A stretch of DNA of 64,000 nucleotides from Amoebidium appalachense (Eukaryota > Protista > Ichthyosporea): contig CAVNZM010000003.1 of assembly GCA_963693365.1 (NCBI GenBank), positions 2,617,087 to 2,681,086 of the forward strand, read 5' to 3'. The notes under the pieces are model-generated. The model was given only the letters and a program-made list of their open reading frames with translations. It had not been told where the DNA came from and did not search any database. A program made the position numbers and the translations under genes. Every line of letters begins with the position of its first letter. Position 1 is the stretch's first letter. Positions 36,826 through 50,400 of this stretch are shown in pieces.

Positions 36826-36972
36826 ATGGGTGCACCACAGCCACCGGTTGCAGCTGCAGCGGTGGGTGTGGGCAGGGAAAATGGGTACTGCCAGGGCAAA
36901 ACCAAGGCTGGCAATCCCTGCAAAAACAGGGTGAAATCTACGACCCATTGCCATAAGCACAAGCCCAAATAA
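36826..36972 (+). CDS. 48-aa basic zinc-finger microprotein (not in the ORF track)
   Basis: Translation MGAPQPPVAAAAVGVGRENGYCQGKTKAGNPCKNRVKSTTHCHKHKPK; CxGxTKxGxxCK..CxxH motif. Confidence 0.55.
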   Translation: MGAPQPPVAAAAVGVGRENGYCQGKTKAGNPCKNRVKSTTHCHKHKPK

Positions 36973-37413
36973 AAAAACCACCCACACACCCACACGTGCC
37001 AACATACACTATCCTCCCCGTGAGTGGCATGCCAGTCTCCCCAGCCCCCCAGCCCCCCAGCCTCCCTGCCCCCCTGCCCCCCTGCCCCCCTGCTCCCCTG
37101 CCACATGCACACCCACACACTGGGTGGCCCCCCTGCCCCCCTGCCTGCCGGAACCAGGCCCCCCAGTGGTGGCATTCCAACACGTGCATGCTAGAAGATC
37201 GTGCTACATGAACAAATGGTCTTAACTCAGCCATACATGGGGGATAGATAGTATCACACAACCATGGTTCCCCCACTCTCCCCAGCCTCCTGTGCACGTG
37301 CGCCACCCCAGCCCCCCTGCCTCCCCTGCACGTGTGCCCCCCCTGCTGCCGGAACCACGGCCCCCAGTGGTGGCATTCCAACACGTGCATGCTAGAAGAT
37401 GGTTTTATTGGCA

Positions 37414-37842
37414 TTAGAACCTAGGCATGACCAGTGCCGTGAAGCCTTCTCTGTTGAGTTCCAATTGGCCGTCGCTGTTGATCTGTGTGAGCCAGATGAC
37501 TTCCATCCCACACTGGGCACTCACGTGGATGCCATGCAGAATGAAGCCATCCACAATGCTCTTAATCTTTGCTGCTTTTGGAAACTCGTTACCATAAAAG
37601 TGCACACGTGTCTGGTGCATGGGATAGCTCAGACGGTAGAACACTATCTGGCCCATTGCTGTCTTGTATAGGTTCCATGACTTAACTTCAATCAGCTCGG
37701 TAGCTGTAAGTATATCAATTCGCCCGTGTATTGTATTAACTTCAACAGTACCATTAAGCTTATCAGCAAGCATGTCACGCACCACTTTCTCCACACTTCC
37801 ATTGCGCCGTGCTACATGAACAAATGGTCTTAACTCAGCCAT
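37414..37842 (-). CDS. Fifth PD-(D/E)XK nuclease paralog (intact EVK)
   Basis: EVNTIHGRIDILTATELIEVKSWNLYKTAMGQIVFY. Confidence 0.75.
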   Translation of the reverse strand: MAELRPFVHVARRNGSVEKVVRDMLADKLNGTVEVNTIHGRIDILTATELIEVKSWNLYKTAMGQIVFYRLSYPMHQTRVHFYGNEFPKAAKIKSIVDGFILHGIHVSAQCGMEVIWLTQINSDGQLELNREGFTALVMPRF

Positions 37843-39131
37843 ACATGGGGGATAGATAGTATCACACAACCATGGTTCCCCCACTCTCCCCAGCCTCCTG
37901 TGCACGTGTGCCTCCCCTGCTCCTGTGCCCCCCCTGCTGCCGGAACCACGGCCCCCAGTGGTGGCAGCCAGTGCCTTACATGCTAATCTATTCTATGGCC
38001 ACATGGCCAGATGGCCAGATTGTTTTGACTTCAGGTGGATCCCCCCCCCCCTGCTCACAGACTGAATTTGATCTGGCCATCTGGCCATCTGGGTATAAAC
38101 CGTTTTCTGTTCTAATATTGGAGAACTGTCGATAGTGATAGAAAATGTCATTGGAAGAACAATCGGGAAATCCCGTGGTGTGACAACCAATCAGAATGAA
38201 GCAATAGGTACGCAGCACATGCCTAAAAGCAATAAAACAAACGGTAACTTGTTAAACAAAATCCATCAACCAAAATTGTTTATTAGGTCTTTTACGTTTT
38301 AAATGATCGAAAATGTTATTTAAAGTCAACAAGCTATAATTCAAGCTTGAGGTTCCATCAATGACGTAATCCACCATAACACAAGAAGGTGGTGTCGTGC
38401 AAACGTGCCATTTTGTTGCTCTGTCAAGTCTGTCACACTGGAGTGTTGAGCTTGTGTTATATATGATCGGCTGATTCAGAGCGAACTGGCAAGCGACGCT
38501 GGTGCTTTTATTCAGTGCAGTGCTGTCGTTTTTTTTCTGTCGCAACATCCACGTTGCATGTTGGTCGACGACTCACTGCCCTCTTTTAAAATATATTGTC
38601 GTGATAAAGTGGACCACATAAGGCTGCTGCGGGCACGATGGGGTTTTTTGGGAAGGGCCAAGATGGCACGGCCACCACCACTCGAGAGGTAATCGTGGCC
38701 GCTTTTCTCCTTCCGCTTTATTCTTGCACCTTTTGTCCAGGGAGATCGTGATCAAAGGCCACGTGTGAACACTGCTATGATCTACTGCTATGATCTACCT
38801 CGTTATGGGTGTCCAAATCTTTTTGATGTTCACTAACAAGATGCCCATGTGAACTCGTGTAAACTTGACGGATAGATTGCACAATTTAGGTTGGTAGTAT
38901 TGCCTTTTACACTTTTTAGAATGCCGTACTTTGGAGGATTGGGGATGGAAAGCTATAGGGAAGGACTGGAAACCAGATTTCAAATCCGGCAATTCTTTTA
39001 TGGAAACGAGTAGGCGGCTGCATGTACCAAATATCGGCAGGCACGTTAGGGGTATCTGGTGCACTATGCCCTTGCTCGTGTGGGCGACATCTTGCATCAA
39101 ACTGACTTATAACTGTTTGTCGATTAAGCAG

Positions 39132-41537
39132 GTGTCAAAGAGTGAAAAGGGACACGATGAGCCCGCCACTTTGGGGATTGAGCTTGGGCAGGATGACCAG
39201 TCCAACGAGGTGAAGGATAAGGGCAAGAAGGAGCCAGAGAAGGCAGTGCCCTATTTGGAGCTCTTCAGATACTCAACTGCTTTTGAGAAGTTTATGATTA
39301 TCGTCGGTGAGTGGTTGCGTGGATGTTGGATTGGGGAGTGGTGGGGTGGTGGGTTGGTGTGCACGGAATTGGGCGGCTGTACGCGCTTGTGTTGATGTGG
39401 TGTGATGGCGTTCGTCCTCGGCAAATGTTTTCCTTCTACTGTGTTTGTGTATGTGTGGTTGTGGTGGTGGTGGTGGTGGTTGGGGGCGCGGGGGGAGGGG
39501 GGGGGGGAAGCCGGGGGTAAGGGGGGGTGGAGGGGGGGGGGGGGGTTAGGTCTTATGGACGCTGCGGAGAAAAGATGCTGGTTTCTCTTTACCAATGAAC
39601 GACTTGTACATGGAGAAAGTTGCCGGTCTCTTTTGACCACTTACAGCATGTGGAAAGAGATGGCTTAGTGAAATTCTTGGATGCCCGAGTGATTTCTTTT
39701 TATGGCAGCTCGAAAAAGTTAGCATATCTGGACTCGTATTGTTTATCCAAGATCTAGGCAAGAACTATAGACTTTCTGATCGGTTGGTGACATATTAGCT
39801 AACGTGTTGAACAGGATGTGTCGGTTCTCTTGGCCACGGTGTGCTGGTGCCTTGCTTTACCATTCTGTTTGGCGACATCATCAACGCCTTCACACGTAAG
39901 TACACTATCTAACCCCCTGTGGTGTGCCTTTTACACGTGTACTCAGGTGCAGCGGGTTCCGCTTCCTGTATGTGTAGTTTGGTTGTTTTAAGTGTGGTCA
40001 GCTGCTGGGAGTGAGGCCATGTGCAATCTTCAAGTGTTCGAAATCTTGAAAATTGAGAAAACGCTATGGATTGGTGCGGTTTTGTGAAATATATTGGGCA
40101 GGGTGAAGTAAAGTAGCGGGGTGGTGGTGGTGGGGGTGCGGAGGGGAGGGGGGGGGGGGGGAGATTAATAAGAAAGGGGGGGGGGGGGAAGGCCAAGGAA
40201 AATTTATGTAGCTCGGGATGCATGTACAAACCCTTGCTTCCTCTCCCCCCATCGCAATCCGTCCATGCATTGATGCAAACCCCCGCTCCCCCGTGCGGGG
40301 TTCTCGCTCAACCACCCCCACGCCCACCACCACGCCAAGAAGCTCTTTTCCACCCCTTCCACGCTCTTCTGCAATTCAATTGTCATGACCACCACCACCA
40401 CACCACACACATCCCCACATCACACACATCCCCCCTGCATGCTCGTTCTGACCGTTTTCGTGTTGCAGCGGATACCCCTCCCGACCTGATTTTTGGTCTC
40501 GTTGCCGACAAGGCAAAACTGTTCATCATGCTGGGCTGCATTGCCTTTGTGTGCTCGTATTTCCAGGTAAAAATACCACCTTGCAGAGCCCCTGCATTGT
40601 GTGGGCCTGAATGTGTTTATACACATACACACACGTGTTGGCGTGATTGCCCATACACACTCGTTTACACTCATGCATGCACACTCACGTGATTGCGTGC
40701 GCACACACACCCATACACACAAACACGCACACACACACACGCACACACACACACACACACACTCTCTCTCTCTCTCTCTCGCTCGCTCGCTCTCTCTCTC
40801 TCTCGCTTACGAAGGTGCGCGCACTTACCCCCACACACACATGCTTAAACCGACATGCACACACATGCAATGCCTACCGATGTCTCCCTTACCGCACACC
40901 TGCATTTTTTTTTGAACACGAAACAGCTCCTTGTTCTTGTGTCGCCTCCCCCCCCTCCCCCCCCCCCCCCCCCCCCCCCTCTCCTTTGGGCCCTGATCCA
41001 CACAAGCACACGCTCACAGCTGCACACACACACACACAAAAGATATGGACGTGGAAATATCTGCAACTTCTGCACCCTTGTGGCGACTCACAGTCTGTCT
41101 AATTTGCACGCCCCTACCCGCTTCCGTGTTTTTCTGTATGTGTTAGGTGCCTTTAATGTGCGTGTTAGGTGCATGTGGTGTGTGTCACCCTGTGCACGTC
41201 TAGCGGCGTTTAAAAGGCTCGGGTACCCATGGGCATACTGGCTGCATGTTTTTTTTCCCCTTCTGCCCCCCCCCCTCCCCCCCCCCCCACCACCACCACC
41301 AACCACCCCCACCCCCGGCTTTTCCCGGTTTCCTTTCCTCTTTCTCTCCGACTCACATGTACTTTCCTCCCTTCCAGGTGTTCTGCCTGATGTGGTCTGC
41401 GCAGCGCCAGGGCAGGCGCATGCGTGAGCTGTATTTCCGGTCACTGCTCAAGCAGGAGATGGACTGGTATGATGGCATTAACTCGGCTGAGCTGACTAGC
41501 AGAGTCTCTGGGTACGTGTGTGTGTGTGTTTTTTTTT

Positions 41538-41568
<31 letters not shown>

Positions 41569-43026
41569 GGAGAGGGGCGGTGGCAGGGGGTGTTGGGGAG
41601 TGATGGACGGTGGGTGAGAGGGCAGGCGAGAGGGAGAGTTTAGTGGCATATGTGTGGGTGTCTAGGAGGGGGGGGGGGTTCAGGGGGGAGGGAGGGGGGC
41701 AGAGTCCAGGGGGAAAGGGGGTGGGGGGTATATAGGAAGGGGATGTTCGGGGTGATGACGATTTGGTTTGTGTTAGGCATATGTATGGGGGGGGGGGGGG
41801 GGGGGGGGGGGGAGTTACGGCACAGTGAGATTGTGGGTTTTGTGTGTTCCCCTTTTTTGTGCATTTTTAGGCTGGCTTGTGACGTGCATGGAAAGGTAGT
41901 GAAACACGTGTGTCAGTGAATTATCAGTTCTTTCACTCTTTACGCTCTTGGAGGTGTTTCCACACAAACGCATACCGTCAAACTTGCATTTGGACTCTCA
42001 GTTACACTCGCACACACTCAGCTGCTCAGCCCCCCCCCCCCCCCCCCCCCCCCCCCCACCACCACACACACACACACACAAACACACTCATCCGACACAT
42101 CACACACAACAAGGGGGCATACATACCAGCACACGCACACATGCACCAACCCACATACACACACACGCACTGACACTCTTTCGACAGAGATGTGATCAAG
42201 GTTGAGGACGGCATTGGTGACAAGGTGGGCAACTGCTTGCAGTACATGGCCATGTTCATTGCTGGCTTCTCCATCGGGTTCTCCTACGGCTGGAAGGTTA
42301 GCATCCCCCCAGGGGTCGAAACTCAGACGCAATTGATGACTTGGGTCCTCCCTGAGGATGGGCTCTGCTTATGACGCATACTGTGCACATGGCTGATGTT
42401 GCATACTTGAATGTTTGCCTTTGCATGTGTCCTGCACCATGCTTCTCGTCGTGTATGCGTACTTTGTACCGTGTTCCGCATTCAAAACCCCCCCCCCCCC
42501 CCCCCCCCCCCCCTTCACCCCTCCCCTCCCTTCAGCCGACATCGCGGAGGAGACTACACACATGCGCTCACGAAGATTACGAGAACACAAACACACACCC
42601 AAGCGCATACCTACACACACACGTCTTGGCACTTTGGGATTTCGTGATATCCCTCCTTCCCCCCCCCCCCCCCCCCCCCCCCCCAAAACAACAACAAAAA
42701 AAAAAAAAAAAAAAACTGCCCCACCCCACACCAGCCCTCCCCCCCACACGCTCTTCCTTTTTCTGTTAAATACCAAGAGCTATTGGTATAGTCACACGTT
42801 CAAGTACACACGTGTAGGGTGAAAGAAGAGGACAATTAGGGGATAAGGTGATGGTGTGTGATGGGCGGTAGAGATGTGGGGCCAGTGACACTTGGTTTTA
42901 TCGTGCTTTTGTGCTGGATTGGACCCTCCTTTGCTAACGTGCCTCTCCGTCTCTGTGTTACTCCCAGCACGCGCATTCACACCTCAGCACACATGCACAC
43001 ACACACACACACACATACACACACAC

Positions 43027-43072
<46 letters not shown>

Positions 43073-44768
43073 CTTACCCTGGTCATTCTTGCCGCTGTGC
43101 CGCTTCTTGCCATCTGTGGTGAGTGGCATCCCCCCCCCCCCCCCCCCCCCCCTTCATTAGTAATCTTCTGCCACTTCTGTGTTAACGAGGACGGAACCCT
43201 GCAATTGCCGCGATCGGTGTGTTGACACGTTGCACGTGCAGGTGCATTCCTTGCCAAGCTGACGTCCGAGATGACTAGCCGAGGCCAGACGGCTTATGCA
43301 AGGGCTGGCGGTGTGGCTGAGGAGGTATGGCAACTGATACCCTATGCACAGAGATACACACAGATACACACACATGCATTCAAAACACACATGCACACAC
43401 GCAGTCACCCATGCACACACACACACATCAGCGTACAGATACATGTTCAACACGTGTACACGACTACAGACACACAAGGAAGGGGAGGAAGAAGGGAGGG
43501 GGGGGGGGGATGGGGGTAAAATTGAGCAGCAGAAAGACCCTTGATATTGGAATACTTGTTCTACTTCAGATAAGCAAAGATGACAATATTATTGGAACAC
43601 CTTGTTCTTGGCCATCAAGGAGAAAGAATCGAGGAAGAAAGACAATCATATCTGAACTTCTTTCGGGACTTCTGATTCTTACAAGAACTTATCGGCAATG
43701 GCGCCAAATTGTTGGATGCCTTGTTCTGTACCAATTGAGACAAAGAATCGAGGAAGAAAGGCAATCACATCCGAACCTCTTATTTTTTTTACACGTGCAA
43801 ACTTAGAATACGGCATTCATTGACCTCCTTGCACGTGCAGGCGCTCTCTCTTATTCGCACTGTTGTTGCGTTTGGCGGGGAGGACCGAGAGAAGGAGCGC
43901 TACCGAAAGGAGCTGATGGGGGCATACAGCACGGGCATACGGCAGGGTCACGTGACTGGCCTGGGCATGGGGCTGACCATGGGCATTATGTTCTGTCTCT
44001 ACGCACTGGGCTTCTGGTAGGTGCTCCTTCTAGCATGTAAATGAAGCGCACGCACGCACATGCACCTGCACATGCTCAAGTATGCCTCCATGCACACATG
44101 CACCTGCCTGGAGCACACCCACATGCACGCCTTTTCATTCCTTTGCACCCACAAGCCCTATTCTTCCCTTCCTCCCCCCTCCCCCCTCGCACACCTATAT
44201 GTATGTCATTCTTCCCTGTCCTGCCTCTGTCGGTACACACACGAGCACACACATGTACACACACGCACACGCACACACATACACACACGCTAACAAGCAC
44301 GCTTTCCACCTTCCCCCCTTTTCAGGTACGGCAACAAGCTTGTTCAGGCCGATGAGATGCAGCCAGGCAGTGTTCTGACCGTGTTCTTTTCCATCGTCAT
44401 GGGCGGCATGGCCATCGGCCAGGCTGCCCCATCATTCACTGCTTTCGCCGTCGGTATGCCTCCCCCTTCCTAACACCCTCCCACCATTACCTTTCTCCCT
44501 ATGCTCTCTCTGCCGCATACATAACACACATGCCCCAACCCTCCCCCCCCCCCCCCCCCCTCCCCAACGTGCCGGGCTGCTTGCTCGCGGACCCTCCCGC
44601 CTTGCTTTTTTCTTTCTTAGAGAAGAGAAGGAGACGAATGGTGCATGCCTCTTCTTTTCTTAGTTCGAAAAGAGCAATTGTTTGCGGCGTGTTTGTGTGT
44701 CTGCATTCTCTCTTCTTTTTTTATATTTTATTTTCTTCCTTTTTTTTTTTGAGTTTTTTTTTTTTTGT

Positions 44769-44814
<46 letters not shown>

Positions 44815-45729
44815 GTTTACGAGAAAAGAGCGAGTGTAACCACAAATAGTGTGCCTAACACAATTTATGTCTCTGCAGCCAAGGGTGCCGCTTACCACTT
44901 GTTTGAGGTGATTGCGCGCAAACCGGCCATCGACTCCCTAGCAACGGAGGGTAAGATCCTGGACCACGTGGAGGGGGACATCTCCTTTGAGCACGTGGAC
45001 TTCACATACAGCAGCAGGAAGGAGGGGCTGATTCTGCGTGACTTGAACATCACTGTCAAGAGGTGCGTGTATGTGTGTGTGGAAGGGGGGGATGGTGGGA
45101 GGGTGGATGTAGGGGTGGACGGGGATGGGGGGGGTGTACGTGTTGGTGGGCGGGTGTGTATGTGTGTGTGTGTGTGGATGTTTGTGTGTGGGTATCTTGT
45201 ATGTGCGTGTGTCCGGTAGTAATTGTTTGTGGAGGTGTGTGTGCTTGTGGGCGGGTGGGCGGGTGGGTGGGTGGGGTGTGGGTATTTGTCTGTTTTTGGG
45301 TGTGTGCGGGTGTAGGGCAAGGGGTGATGAAAGGAATGATGTGTCTGTTGTGTGTCGACTCCAGGGGACGTCAATATTTCAGCGTCATTTGTGCTAACAA
45401 ATGTGAATGGGTATGCAGGGGACAGACACTTGCTCTGGTTGGCCACTCGGGCAACGGCAAATCCACCACCATCCAGGTGTGTGTGTGTGTGTGTGTGTGT
45501 TGTGTGTGTGTGTGTGTGTGTGCGTGTGCGTGCGGCGCGCGCGCGGTGTGCTTGTGTGAGCATGAGGATTTGTTCTCGAACCCCCCCCCCCCCCCCCCCC
45601 CCTCCCAACATACACACACACAGAGAGAGCCGCTATTTTTGCAAAATCTGCAATGTGTCCGTCGTGCATGGTGCATGCATACTTCATACTCCGCTACTAA
45701 CACCCCGCCCATCCCCCCCCCTCCTCCCC

Positions 45730-45760
<31 letters not shown>

Positions 45761-46180
45761 AAAAAAAAAAAACACCCACTCCCACCCACACACATGTGCT
45801 ACCTGCAGCTGATTGAGCGCTACTATGACCCTCTTGCCGGTGCCGTCAAGCTTGACGGGGTAGACATCAAGGACCTCAACGTGCAGTGGTACCGCTCACA
45901 GATCGGCCTGGGTACGTGCCTTCCTTTCTTTTTTTTTTTTCTTTTTTTTTTTTTCCTGCGGCCTCACCCCTACCACCCCCATGCCGTGATGGTCGTGTCT
46001 GTGTGCTATTTATCCCTTCCTTTCCCTGTATTTTAACCCGAAGTGCTTTCAAATCACCTCCCCGCTCCCCCTCCCTTTCAACCCCCTTTTCTTTCCTGCC
46101 TACCCTCCCCCCTTCTTCCCCCCTCCCCCTTCCGTCCCCTTCCCCCTCATATTTACCCAATCTCGTGTGTGTGTGTGTGC

Positions 46181-46214
<34 letters not shown>

Positions 46215-48185
46215 CAGATGTTGTGTTGTTTCTTTTTTTTTCCTGGTCCAACATTCCCTGCCCTCTCTCTTTCATTTGTTTTTCTTTCTCCTTTTCTTTA
46301 GTTCTTTCTTTTCTCTCCTTTTGTGACTGTCTTTGTGTTCTCCCTCTCTGACCACTGTGATTACAGTGAGCCAGATGCCTACCCTCTTTGCTATGACCAT
46401 TGCCGAAAACATTGCCCTGGGCGCCGGCCTCACACTCAACAAGGTACCCCCCCCCCCCCCCCCCCCAACCCCGCGCTTTTGTTTTCGTGTTTTGTGTTGC
46501 CGTCTCTTCTTCCCCCCCCCCCCCCCTTTGATCAAGACGGGTTGACCCACCCAAGTTCAGTTGATGCTGCTGTCTGAGTTGGAGCGTCGTATATACGCGG
46601 GCTAAGGGGTCGAAACTCAGACGCAATTGATGACTTGGGCCCTCCCTGAGGATGGGCTCTGCTTATGACGCATACTGTGCGCATGGCTGATGCTGCATAC
46701 TTGAATGTTTGCCTTTGCATGTGTCCTGCATCATGCTTCTCATCGTCTATGCGTACTTCGTACTGTGTTCCGCATTCAAACCCCCCCTGTCTTCTTTCAG
46801 AGGTGTCCTTTCAGGACAGACCACTGTGTGGAGACATCTTTACTTCCATGCAACCGGGCATGGTTGCTCTGTGTCGTGCATCTGTAAGCACATACGCGTT
46901 TGTCGCTGCACTGCATTAGTTTGCACACACATCTTCACCGTTTTGCTCACCTTGCTTGCATAAGCAACCCTGCTCGTCTTTGATCAAGACGGGTTGACCC
47001 ACCCAAGTTCAGTTGATGCTGCTGTCTGAGTTGGAGCGTCGTATATACGCGGGCTAAGGGGTCGAAACTCAGACGCAATTGATGACTTGGGCCCTCCCTG
47101 AGGATGGGCTCTGCTTATGACGCATACTGTGCGCATGGCTGATGCTGCATACTTGAATGTTTGCCTTTGCATGTGTCCTGCATCATGCTTCTCATCGTCT
47201 ATGCGTACTTCGTACTGTGTTCCGCATTCAAACCCCCCCCCCCCCCCCCCCCCCCGCCCCTTCGACCTGTTAATGTTTGATTCCATGTGTGCTGCCTTCT
47301 TATGTATACCCCTACACACATGTGCGCACGCTCGGGCAAACACCGGCAAATCCCAACCGCAACCCCCCCCCCCCCCCCCCCGGGCCCCTTCTTTACGGTC
47401 GTGGGGCTATTAGAGCCGTATGCATCGCTACCTTAACCCCAAATTGACTGATTCCCATTTCCCCTCCTTCCTTCCTTCCCCCCCCCCCTCCCCCCCCCCC
47501 CCCTCTCTTCAGGATTTCAACCCTAGCCACCCCGAGAGCGCGAGCAACAGGCGGTTTGTTCTAGCCAAGGCCAGCCAGGCACAAATTGAGGAGGCAGCAA
47601 AGATGGCAAACGCACACAACTTTATCATGAAGCTGCCTGAGGGTTATGCTACCTTGGTAAGTGGGTGGGGGGTGGGGGGGGGGTGGGGGGGGAAGGGGGG
47701 GGGGGGGAGGGGGTTAGGTGGGGGGTTTTTTTTTGGGGGGGGGGGGGGGGGGGGGGGGGGGCTGGAAATGTGTTTAGGGGTGTGCCTGTGTGGGTGTTTT
47801 TTCCTTTGGCAATAGTTCCCATGTTGTGACGATTCCATATCTGACCCTCACCCTCCCTTCTCGTTCCCTGTCTCTTCCCCCCAGCCCCACCTCCTCCCTC
47901 CCTCCCTTCCCTCCTTCCCCCCCCCCCCCCCCCACACGTGCACATCTACACATACACCTACACCTACACACGCACAGATTGGTGAGCGTGGCGCGCAGCT
48001 CTCAGGAGGGCAGAAGCAGCGCATTGCGATTGCCCGTGCCCTGGTCAAGAACCCACGCATCCTGCTGCTGGACGAAGCAACCAGCGCACTGGACTCGCAC
48101 AGTGAGAGGGTGGTGCAGGATGCTTTGGAGAAGGCATCGCAGGGGAGAACTACCGTGGTGATTGCTCACAGACTGAGCACAATCA

Positions 48186-48230
<45 letters not shown>

Positions 48231-48654
48231 GGGGGGGGGGGGGGGGGGGGGGGGGGAGGGGGGTTAAGGGTGGGTGGGGTGTGTGTGTGTGGGGGGGGGG
48301 GGGGGGGGGGGGGGGGGCGCTGTGGACGTGGGCATGGGTGTGGGTGCGAAAGAAAGGGGGAGGTGGGGAGGGGATGGGGGGGGGGGGGGGGGGGGGGGAG
48401 GGGGATGATCGTTCTGATGGTTGACCGAAAGATTTCTGGGGAGAAGAGGAAGAGAAAGGGATGGTGTGTGTGTGGGTAAGGGAGGGGGGGGGGGGTAATG
48501 GGAGATGATTTTGTATTATATGGTATGTACATGACCACCGTGCTCACGCTGGGTGTTTGCAGAATGCTGACGTCATTGCCGTGGTTGAGGGGGGGCACAT
48601 TGTTGAGGCAGGCACGAACGCAGAGCTGATGGCTATTCCCGTATGTTGCATCAT

Positions 48655-48698
<44 letters not shown>

Positions 48699-49115
48699 AA
48701 AAAAAAAAAAGAAGAAGAAGAAGAAGAAGAAGAAGGAGAAGGAAAGAGAGAACCAATCTCTCCTAGCTTCACACTTACCTTTCTGTGATGCCTTGCCGTT
48801 CTCTGTCTTGCTGATGGTTGTTTGTTGCGCACGTCGTATAGACTGCGACATTACCCGTGATGTGGGTAGTAACCCAATACTAATGTGGCAGTAAGGTGGG
48901 GTGCAAAAAATAGTTAGGCGGCATACCATTTAGTATTGCTGCGGCGTGGTCCTGATGTTTATTGGGGTTGGTTTTCAGGATGGACTCTACCGCAAGTTCG
49001 TGGAGTTGCAGCAGATGGCGCCAGGTGAGAGGGGTGGGGTATATGCGTGATTGTGTGTGTGTGTGGGGGGGGGGGGGGGGGGGGGGGGGGTACATGTACA
49101 ATGGTGCAGGGTAGT

Positions 49116-49146
<31 letters not shown>

Positions 49147-49465
49147 GGGGGGGGGGGAGGGGGAGAGGGGGGGGGGGGGGAATGCGGGTACATGCTCAAT
49201 GAGGCGTGTGTGTGTGTATGTGCGGGGATGTGGGCAAGCGACATGGTGATGTCTGTGTGCGGGTATATGTGTAGACAGGGGGGGTTGGCAGACGTGTGTG
49301 AAAGGGAGAGAGGGTGTGTGTGTGTGTATGCGTGATTGCTTGTGCTGTATGCATTTCTGTCCATGTCTGTCTCCCTTTTGAAGTCTTCTTCCTCGCTCTC
49401 TCGCTTATATACAGCTCTCTCGCTTATATATACACACACACACACTTTCTCTCTCACACTCTCTC

Positions 49466-49499
<34 letters not shown>

Positions 49500-49644
49500 C
49501 CCACGCCTTTGATGCTGTGTTGGTTCCAAGGGCTAACTGTCGGTCATGTGATTACAGTTGACGAGAAGACAGTGGAGAATGAAGAGTCTGATGTTGACGA
49601 CGTCAGCCATACCATAGACAGGCCCAAGAGGTGTGTGTGTGTGT

Positions 49645-49677
<33 letters not shown>

Positions 49678-50346
49678 GTGTTGTGTTTGTTGTGTGAGCA
49701 AGTGAGTATATATGCGTGTGCATGCTGTGTATGTGTGTGTGTGTGTGCGGATGTGTACGCGTGCGCGCCAAGGAGGGTGTTTCGGCCGATAGCATTGAAC
49801 AGATATGTTGTGTTTGTTATTATTATTATTATATAGACAGATCTGTTATGTTTGTTATTATCAAATATAACCCTTTTCTCCCCACACACCAGCACACATG
49901 CCCGTCCCTCCTCCAGCACCACCCGTCCAATCAGCTCGGCTAGACAGCCGTCCCAGGCGGGAACCAACCCAGCGACAGCAAATCAGGAGGAGGAGAGCGA
50001 CAGCGATAGCGATAGTGAGGACGAATCAGAAAAGGCCAAAAACGACAAGGACGTGGACCCTGGCATGTTCCAGAAGGTGCTGATGCTCAACAGGTCAGAG
50101 TGGGGCTGGCTGGCTCTAGGTATGTGGGTGGGTGGAGGGGGGAAGGGAGGGGGGAAAAGGGGGGGGGGGGGGGGAAGAGGTGAGGGATGGTGTGTGTGTG
50201 TGGGGGGGTGGGGGGGGTGCGCTGTGTGTAGATGGGTGGTAGGGTGGGTGGGTGGTTTGTGCAAAGGGTGGGGAATCGCGAAGGGGTGTGCATGGGTGGG
50301 TTGGTGTGGGTTGTTTTTGTGTTGCGTGCGTGGTGGACGGTTATGT

Positions 50347-50400
<54 letters not shown>

